Positions 7,967 through 13,973 of a stretch of 15,519 bases of DNA are shown in pieces. Origin of the DNA: Gemmatimonadota bacterium (GTDB taxonomy: Bacteria; Latescibacterota; UBA2968; UBA8231). Where the stretch lies: NCBI GenBank assembly GCA_038128265.1, contig JAYPJE010000077.1, forward strand, positions 1-15,519. Direction: 5' to 3'. The position numbers and the translations under genes were made by a program. The notes under the pieces are model-generated. The model was not told the DNA's origin. It saw only the letters and a program-made list of their open reading frames with translations, and ran no database searches. The number at the start of each line of letters is the position of its first letter. Position 1 is the first letter of the stretch.

Positions 7967-9274
7967 CTACGGGCGGGACAGTGCTCTGTGTGCAATGTCT
8001 TTGCGGTAGTAAGACTGCTCAAAGTGAATCGCTTCGACGGCGGCATAGGCATTGGTGACGGCATCTGCTATGGTTTCTCCCAGCGCCGTTACGCCGAGCA
8101 CGCGCCCTCCGCTGGTAACCAACTGCCCGTTGCGCCGTTCGGTGCCGGCGTGAAAGACAACGGTTTCTCCATCGCCGTCCCACTGATCGAGACCCGAGAT
8201 AGGCATGCCCTTGGGGTAGGAATCGGGGTAGCCTTCGGCCGCCATGACGACGCAAACGCAGGCGCGCGGAGTATTTTTAATTTCAATTTGACCAAGCCGG
8301 CCGTCGCAGGCCGCTTCCAGCACGTCGAGCAAATCGTTTTCCAGCAGCGGCAGCAGGATCTGGCATTCGGGATCGCCGAAGCGCGCGTTAAATTCGACGA
8401 CCTGAGGACCGTCTTCCGTCAGCATGAGGCCGCAGTAGAGCACGCCGCGAAAGGGGCAGCCCATGCGCTCCATCTCCTCGAGCACGGGGGCGATAATGCG
8501 CTCTTCTGCTGTTTGCTGCAGCGCCGGCGTGAGCGCGGGTGCCGGAGCATAAGCGCCCATACCGCCCGTGTTGGGTCCTTTGTCTCCGTCGAAAATAGCC
8601 TTGTGATCCTGAGCGGGTGCCAGCGTCAGAAAGTCGGTGCCGTCGCACAGGGCAAAGAGCGATACTTCTTCTCCTCGCATGAAATCCTCGACGACCACTT
8701 CGCTGCCTGCGCTGCCAAACGCGCTACCGGCTAGCATCTCCTGCGCTGTCTCTACGGCTGTCTGCTCGTCCATACAGACCACGGCGCCTTTGCCCGCGGC
8801 TAAACCGCTGGCCTTGACTACGATGGGGGCTCCCCGTTCGCGGATATAGCCGATGGCCGCATCGGCCTGCGTAAAGGCGCGGTGCGCTGCGGTGGGCACG
8901 CCAATGCGCTGCATCAGGTCTTTGGCAAAGGCTTTGCTGCTTTCGATGCGCGCGGCCGCTTGCGTGGGCCCAAAAATTTTCAGACCACGCTCTTGAAAGT
9001 GATCGACGATGCCGCCGGCCAGCGCGTCGTCGGGGCCGACGACCGTCAAATCGATGCCCTCGGCAAGCGCCCAATCCGCCAGCTTGGCGATTTCGGCCGA
9101 GAGCGCCTCTCGCTCAGATACGGGCGTGTCTACGCGGATGGGGACCAGCGTCGCCATGGCTGCCATACCGGGATTGCCTGGGGCTGCGTAGAGCTGCTCA
9201 ATGCGCGGACTCTGTGCCAACTTCCATACCAACGCGTGTTCGCGGCCGCCCTTGCCAACTACTAGCACTTTCAT
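7967..9274 (-). CDS. purD: Phosphoribosylamine--glycine ligase (GAR synthetase)
   Basis: Starts MKVLVVGKGGREHAL at ATG 9274 with RBS GAGGAG. Motifs APGNPG, VVKASGLAAGKG, QDHK, GPNTGGMGAY, EFNARFGDPE, GGRVL. Confidence 0.98.
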   Translation of the reverse strand: MKVLVVGKGGREHALVWKLAQSPRIEQLYAAPGNPGMAAMATLVPIRVDTPVSEREALSAEIAKLADWALAEGIDLTVVGPDDALAGGIVDHFQERGLKIFGPTQAAARIESSKAFAKDLMQRIGVPTAAHRAFTQADAAIGYIRERGAPIVVKASGLAAGKGAVVCMDEQTAVETAQEMLAGSAFGSAGSEVVVEDFMRGEEVSLFALCDGTDFLTLAPAQDHKAIFDGDKGPNTGGMGAYAPAPALTPALQQTAEERIIAPVLEEMERMGCPFRGVLYCGLMLTEDGPQVVEFNARFGDPECQILLPLLENDLLDVLEAACDGRLGQIEIKNTPRACVCVVMAAEGYPDSYPKGMPISGLDQWDGDGETVVFHAGTERRNGQLVTSGGRVLGVTALGETIADAVTNAYAAVEAIHFEQSYYRKDIAHRALSRP

Positions 9275-9293
9275 GGAGCCTCTCCTCTGTTGC

Positions 9294-10238
9294 TTAGATG
9301 TAGCCAAATTCGCGCAGATCGCGCTCCTGATTGCGCCATCCGGGGCGCACCTTGACCCACAGTTCTAGGTATACCGACTGTTCGATAAGGTCTTCGATGC
9401 CCTTGCGCGCTTCTTTGCCAATGGCCTGCAAACGCGCTCCTTTGCGGCCGATGACAATGCCTTTCTGGCTTTCTCGCTCGACGTAAATCATGGCGCTGAT
9501 ATAGGTCTTGTTCCCCGTGCGCTCTTTGAACTCCTCAATAGAGATCGTTATCGAATAGGGCAGTTCGTTTTCAAGGTGTTCAAATGCCGCTTCACGTATG
9601 AGCTCAGCGGCAAAAAAACGCTCGGGCTGCTCGGCCACCATATCGTCTGGATACAGCTTGGGGCCGGTTGGTAGCCGCGCATCAATTTTCTTGAGAAGCA
9701 CGTCGATATGCGTTTTGTGCAGGGCCGACAGGGGCAGCAGTTCGTCTATGCCGTATTCGTCCCGTAGCTGCCTTTGCAGGTTCTCGACAATCCCTGGTCC
9801 CAGTAGGTCGATCTTGTTCAGTGCGGCGATAATGGGGGTGCGCGTCTGTTCGATAAAGCGCTTCACGAGCTGGGCGCGATCGCGTGGTTTGCTAGCGTCA
9901 ATTAGCAGCAGCGCGACGTCGGCTTCGCGCGCCGCCAGTTCAATTTGACGCTCCATACTCTCGTGCAGCTTGTAGCTGGGCTCGAGCAGGCCGGGCGTGT
10001 CGAGAAAGACGACCTGACTTTCCGGGCGCGTCAAAATGCCGAGCACGCGGCCACGGGTCGTCTGCGGTTTGGCCGTTACGATGGACAGGCGTTGACCGAG
10101 GAATGCATTAAACAGGGTCGATTTGCCGGCGTTTGGCCGTCCGACGAGTGCTACGTAGCCGCAGCGCGTTTCAGAAGGATAGGTTGGCAGAGAGCTGATA
10201 AGTCGACTCGAGCTGGTCGTGTTGCAAGTAGGCAACAT
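9294..10238 (-). CDS. era: GTPase Era (start codon uncertain)
   Basis: G1 GRPNAGKST, G2 KPQTTR, G3 DTPG, G4 NKID. KH domain 'SQKGIVIGRKG' and 'LELWVKV'. Confidence 0.97.
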   Translation of the reverse strand: MLPTCNTTSSSRLISSLPTYPSETRCGYVALVGRPNAGKSTLFNAFLGQRLSIVTAKPQTTRGRVLGILTRPESQVVFLDTPGLLEPSYKLHESMERQIELAAREADVALLLIDASKPRDRAQLVKRFIEQTRTPIIAALNKIDLLGPGIVENLQRQLRDEYGIDELLPLSALHKTHIDVLLKKIDARLPTGPKLYPDDMVAEQPERFFAAELIREAAFEHLENELPYSITISIEEFKERTGNKTYISAMIYVERESQKGIVIGRKGARLQAIGKEARKGIEDLIEQSVYLELWVKVRPGWRNQERDLREFGYI

Positions 10239-11103
10239 CTAGGGCGATGCGCTGGTGGGGCTGCAGGCCAATGCCGAAGGACTGGCGTCCTTCTTCCAAG
10301 CCGCCGCGCAGGGCCAGTGCCCGATAGCGATACTCGATGCCGGACAGCAGCGGACTGCCCTGGCCGATGTCGTCGGCATCGCCCCCCGTCCGAGAACCCA
10401 ATGCCAAGGTCGCGCTGCCGCCGGCCAGCGCCAGGCGGTAGGTGGCTCCGAGCACGACGGAGGGCTGGATGCTATCGCTTGCGTCCGTGTCCCATACAAT
10501 GGGCGTCGTGGTGGCATCGCGCAGGCTGACGGCCAGCGATAATCCGGGTCGCAGCTGAATGTTCATGCCGACGTCAACGCCCATTCCATAGGCGCTAAAC
10601 GAGGCGATCTGGCGGTAGATGAGCTTAAGCGAAGTGCCGAGCGAAATCGATTCGCGCAGGCGATGGGCAAAGGATAGGTAGAGCGCGTAGTCGGCGCTCG
10701 TCTCCGTTGAGGATATGTAGGGCCGGTTATTTTCGCTCAGCGGTCGACCAGGATCCGTCAATGCCGTGAAGGGAATGTCGCTGACGCCTACGCGCAGCAG
10801 GGCGACGCCCACGCCGTGCAGGCGGCGGCCGGGGCGGGCAAAAGCGGCAAAATCGTGATCGACTAGGCCAGAAAAGCGCTCGGCGTGCATGAGGTGCACC
10901 TGGCGATCGGCAAGGCGCGTAAGGCCGGCAGGATTCCAGTAGGTAGCCGTCGGGTCATCGGCGATGGCCACAAACGCGCTGCCCAGTGCCATGGCGCGCG
11001 CGCCGGCGCCCAGCGCGAGAAACTCGCCGGCAAATGCAGAAGCGGCAGAGGCGCTACTCACTGCCGAAATAGAGAGGAAAACAGCCGTGACTATTCTATG
11101 CAT
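10171..11103 (-). CDS. PorV/PorQ-family (FadL-like) outer-membrane beta-barrel protein
   Basis: Signal peptide from ATG 11103 (MHRIVTAVFLSISAVSSASA). Family-typical N-terminus 'FLALGAGARAMALGSAFVAIADDPTATYWNPAGL', then 'GMGVDVG' and 'LDVAY'. Ends in Phe (LSANLSF). Confidence 0.85.
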   Translation of the reverse strand: MHRIVTAVFLSISAVSSASAASAFAGEFLALGAGARAMALGSAFVAIADDPTATYWNPAGLTRLADRQVHLMHAERFSGLVDHDFAAFARPGRRLHGVGVALLRVGVSDIPFTALTDPGRPLSENNRPYISSTETSADYALYLSFAHRLRESISLGTSLKLIYRQIASFSAYGMGVDVGMNIQLRPGLSLAVSLRDATTTPIVWDTDASDSIQPSVVLGATYRLALAGGSATLALGSRTGGDADDIGQGSPLLSGIEYRYRALALRGGLEEGRQSFGIGLQPHQRIALDVAYLQHDQLESTYQLSANLSF

Positions 11104-11138
11104 AGGGCATTGAAAAAAAAGGAATTGTAGACAGTTGA

Positions 11139-11167
11139 ATACTAAGAGAAGGCGCATGCGATGTCAA
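11139..11167 (-). promoter_or_regulatory. Sigma70-type promoter for the PorV-like/era/purD run
   Basis: Minus strand reads TTGACA-17 nt-TAGTAT in the AT-rich gap between the glycerate kinase and PorV-like genes. Confidence 0.65.
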
Positions 11168-11188
11168 GCAGTGCGCGCGCCGAATGGC

Positions 11189-12526
11189 TCAGCGAATAAG
11201 GACTATTTGCAGGTCCATTACATTCGTGCCGGTAGCGCCGGTTATGAGGAGGTCACCCAGCGAATCGAAGAAATGATAGGCATCGTTGTCGCGCAGGTGG
11301 TTGCGCGCCGATAGCTGGCGAGCCGCCGCGCGCGCAAGGGTTGATCCATCGGCGATGGCACCGGCCGCATCGGTAGGTCCATCGGTGCCGTCGGTGCCGC
11401 CCGACAGCAGGGCGATATCCGACCAGCCGTCGAGGGGGATTGCCGCGGCGAGGGCTAGCTCCTGATTGCGCCCGCCTTTGCCCTGCCCGCGCAGCGTGAC
11501 GGTGGTTTCTCCGCCGGCGATAATGCAGGCGGGCGGTGCAAGGGGACGCGCTTGTGTGCGTACCTCCTGGGCGATCGCAACTAGGGCTGGGCCGATTTCG
11601 CGCGCCTCGCCCTGCAGGCGCGAGGTGAGCACCAGCGGTGTGTAGCCCAAGCGATGCGCGTGCTGCACGACTGCATCAATGGCCAGTGTGCTGTTGCCAA
11701 TAACTGCGTTGTGAACGCGCGCAAAGAGTGGGTTGTCGGCCTTGGGCGTCTCGTCTACTGTGCCGTCTGCGCCGCTTTCGAGCCGATTGCGCACGGAAGC
11801 CGGCAGCTGGTCGCGGAGCTGGTAGCGATCGATCAGTTCGAGGCAGGTTGCGAAGGTGGTGGAATCGGGATACGTCGGCCCCGAGGCGATGGTGTCGAGT
11901 GGGTCACCGATTACATCGGACATCATCAGCGAAACAGCTCGAGCAGGATGCGCCCGCGCGCAAAGCTGTCCGCCCTTAATGGCGGACAGGTGCTTGCGAA
12001 TGGCATTAATTTCGTCAATCGTTGCGCCACAGCTCAGCAGGAGTCGGGTTGTTTGCCCCTTGTCTTCTAGCGTGATGCCCGGTGCTGGAGCCGGCAGCAG
12101 AGCCGAGCCGCCGCCGGAAAATAGGCACAGTGCGAGGGCGTTTTCGTCGAGCGATTCGAGCAGGGCAAGCTGACGCTGCGTCCCCTCTACGCCGCGTTCG
12201 TCGGGTACGGGATGGCCACACTCTATGGTTTCAATGTGCTGAAGGGGGAGGCGATGTCCGTACTTGGTGTTTATCAGGCCGGCATCAATTCGCGCGCCGA
12301 GCACCTCTTCTACGGCGGCTGCCATGGCCGGCGTGGCTTTGCCTGCCCCGAGTACGACCAGACGCGAGCACTGCTGGAGGTCGTAGTGCCAGTCTCCGAT
12401 ACGCAGCTGCGATCCATCTAAGGATAAGGCGTCAAGCACACACCGGCGTGGCTGAGCCGCTTCGATGGCCGCGTCGAATAGGGCGCGGCAATCGGCGTGA
12501 AGGCGTGGGACAGACTCGGCGGACAC
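11189..12526 (-). CDS. Glycerate 2-kinase, class II (DUF4147 + MOFRL; TtuD/GckA-like)
   Basis: Motifs GAGKA, GHPVPD, SGGGSAL, RKHLSAIKGG, SDVIGD...IASGPT, GGETTV, GGRNQE, GTDGTDGPT, TGTNVMD. GTG start lies 6 nt after the lexA stop. Confidence 0.92.
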   Translation of the reverse strand: MSAESVPRLHADCRALFDAAIEAAQPRRCVLDALSLDGSQLRIGDWHYDLQQCSRLVVLGAGKATPAMAAAVEEVLGARIDAGLINTKYGHRLPLQHIETIECGHPVPDERGVEGTQRQLALLESLDENALALCLFSGGGSALLPAPAPGITLEDKGQTTRLLLSCGATIDEINAIRKHLSAIKGGQLCARAHPARAVSLMMSDVIGDPLDTIASGPTYPDSTTFATCLELIDRYQLRDQLPASVRNRLESGADGTVDETPKADNPLFARVHNAVIGNSTLAIDAVVQHAHRLGYTPLVLTSRLQGEAREIGPALVAIAQEVRTQARPLAPPACIIAGGETTVTLRGQGKGGRNQELALAAAIPLDGWSDIALLSGGTDGTDGPTDAAGAIADGSTLARAAARQLSARNHLRDNDAYHFFDSLGDLLITGATGTNVMDLQIVLIR

Positions 12527-12532
12527 GGGTGC

Positions 12533-13162
12533 TTACATGCGGCGCATAAGGCCAACGACCTTGCCGGCAATGCTGAAATCCACGGCGTCGAGCGGTACGA
12601 CGATGGGTTCAAACGACTCGTTTTCGGGCAGCAGGCGAATGCAGTCGTGGTCGGGAGCATAGCGTTTGACCGTCGCCTCGTCGCCGAGTTGTGCCACGAT
12701 GATATCGCCGCGCTCGGCACTTTCCTGGCGGCGCGCCATAACGATATCGCCGTCTAGGATACCGGCATCTTTCATACTTTCGCCGTGCACGCGGAGGGCG
12801 AAGACGGTTCCTGAAGCAGGTACCAGCGCGCGGTCGACCTGCAGTGTTGACTCGATGTTTTCAGTGGCCAGAATGGGCTCGCCGGCGGCTACGCGCCCGA
12901 CTAGCGGCACTTCGCGCAGTTCCGACGTCAGGGCGGCAGGTTCGACGTAGTCCACCAGCTCGATGCCGCGCGAGAGGCGGGCATGTCGGCGGATGTGGCC
13001 CTTCTTTTCCAGGGCAGCTAGCGTTGTGCGCACGCCGTTGGTTGAATTGATCTCAAATACGTCCATAATTTCGCGTATGGTGGGCGGCGCGCCGCGACTG
13101 CGGATAGCGTCGGCGATAAAGTCGTAAATCGCCTGTTGTCGTTCGGTGAGTTTCTTGCGCAT
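12533..13162 (-). CDS. lexA: SOS repressor LexA
   Basis: N-terminal 'LTERQQAIYDFI...PPTIREI' winged HTH, cleavage site VAAG, catalytic GESM (Ser) and TVKR (Lys). RBS AGGAGG. Confidence 0.97.
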   Translation of the reverse strand: MRKKLTERQQAIYDFIADAIRSRGAPPTIREIMDVFEINSTNGVRTTLAALEKKGHIRRHARLSRGIELVDYVEPAALTSELREVPLVGRVAAGEPILATENIESTLQVDRALVPASGTVFALRVHGESMKDAGILDGDIVMARRQESAERGDIIVAQLGDEATVKRYAPDHDCIRLLPENESFEPIVVPLDAVDFSIAGKVVGLMRRM

Positions 13163-13209
13163 AATAGCCTCCTATAGGGAGGGATAGTGAAAATGTGAAC
13201 AGGTATTTC

Positions 13210-13238
13210 AACTTACTGCACATAAGTTCATTTGTCAA
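13210..13238 (-). promoter_or_regulatory. lexA sigma70 promoter with a candidate SOS box in the spacer
   Basis: Minus strand reads TTGACA (13238-13233)-17 nt-TAAGTT (13215-13210). The spacer holds the imperfect palindrome TGAAC-TTAT-GTGCA (13230-13217). Confidence 0.7.
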
Positions 13239-13317
13239 GCCGAGATGCGATCTAAGTCTATTGTTTGCTGGGCTGTAGCGCATTGGAGAGTAATTGTTTG
13301 CCGGGCTTGTAACTGTG

Positions 13318-13346
13318 TTGACAAAGTTCACTCTTGTGAATAATCT
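13318..13346 (+). promoter_or_regulatory. Sigma70 promoter for the divergent operon, with a palindromic operator in the spacer
   Basis: TTGACA (13318-13323)-17 nt-TAATCT (13341-13346). The spacer holds the perfect inverted repeat TTCAC-TCTT-GTGAA (13327-13340). Confidence 0.65.
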
Positions 13347-13446
13347 TTAACCGAATCGGATCCACAGTCTTTCTAAGTGTAGGTGGGTTAGCGAATTAAG
13401 TGGGGCAGCAGATCGTTCCTTACGGTATATTTAGAGGCAATATCAC

Positions 13447-13905
13447 ATGGATAAATTATCTCGCATAGTCGTTTTGGCGCTGGTATCCTTGACGGGTGTC
13501 GGAGGTGTAGTGCAACCTGTTGCGGCAGAAGAGGGAAAATCCTTTTTCACTGCGCGTCGTTCGCTGGGGCTGCTGTTTTTGGGGGGAAGTGCTGCCCTCG
13601 TTAAACAGGGTTTTGATTTCAACAGCGAAGCCGATGAGCTCTATGCGCGCTATCAGGCTGCCACGGATGAGGAAAATGCCAGCGATCTGTACACGAAAAC
13701 CAACAATAAGGATGTGAAGAGTCAGGTGAGTTGGGCTCTGGCCACCGCTTTTGCCGTAAGCGGCGTGCGCCTCATTTGGCAGGGAGGGGACGCGTCGGCG
13801 CGCGATTACCGCAGCGCAGAGGGAGCGCGTTCCACACCGCGCTTTGCGTTAGAGCCGCAACTTGACATCCGGCGCATTGGCCTAGTCGTCAAGCGATCCT
13901 TCTGA
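13447..13905 (+). CDS. Small exported/membrane hypothetical protein
   Basis: RBS GAGG. Signal peptide ending 'VAA'. Two hydrophobic helices flank 'EADELYARYQAA'. Ends 'IGLVVKRSF'. Confidence 0.7.
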   Translation: MDKLSRIVVLALVSLTGVGGVVQPVAAEEGKSFFTARRSLGLLFLGGSAALVKQGFDFNSEADELYARYQAATDEENASDLYTKTNNKDVKSQVSWALATAFAVSGVRLIWQGGDASARDYRSAEGARSTPRFALEPQLDIRRIGLVVKRSF

Positions 13906-13973
13906 GTAAAAGCCGTTCCTAAACCTCGTACCTCGCCCAGGGATTTCTCTCTTTAGCCGAAGTCAGCAAAAAC

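Noticed and set aside
7925..8734. 269-aa + strand ORF
   Set aside because: It is antisense to purD, starts inside the terminator loop, and has no recognisable motifs. It is a shadow ORF typical of GC-rich DNA.
13053..13331. 92-aa minus-strand ORF over the lexA promoter region
   Set aside because: It runs through both promoters and overlaps lexA out of frame, with no RBS or homology cue.
13327..13351. Rex operator (TTGTGAA-N4-TTCACAA)
   Set aside because: Only one TTGTGAA half is present, and the palindrome here has the opposite arrangement (TTCAC-N4-GTGAA).
13347..13446. Riboswitch or ncRNA in the ~100-nt leader
   Set aside because: I could not recognise a conserved aptamer or a convincing stem. 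An Rfam/Infernal scan would settle it.
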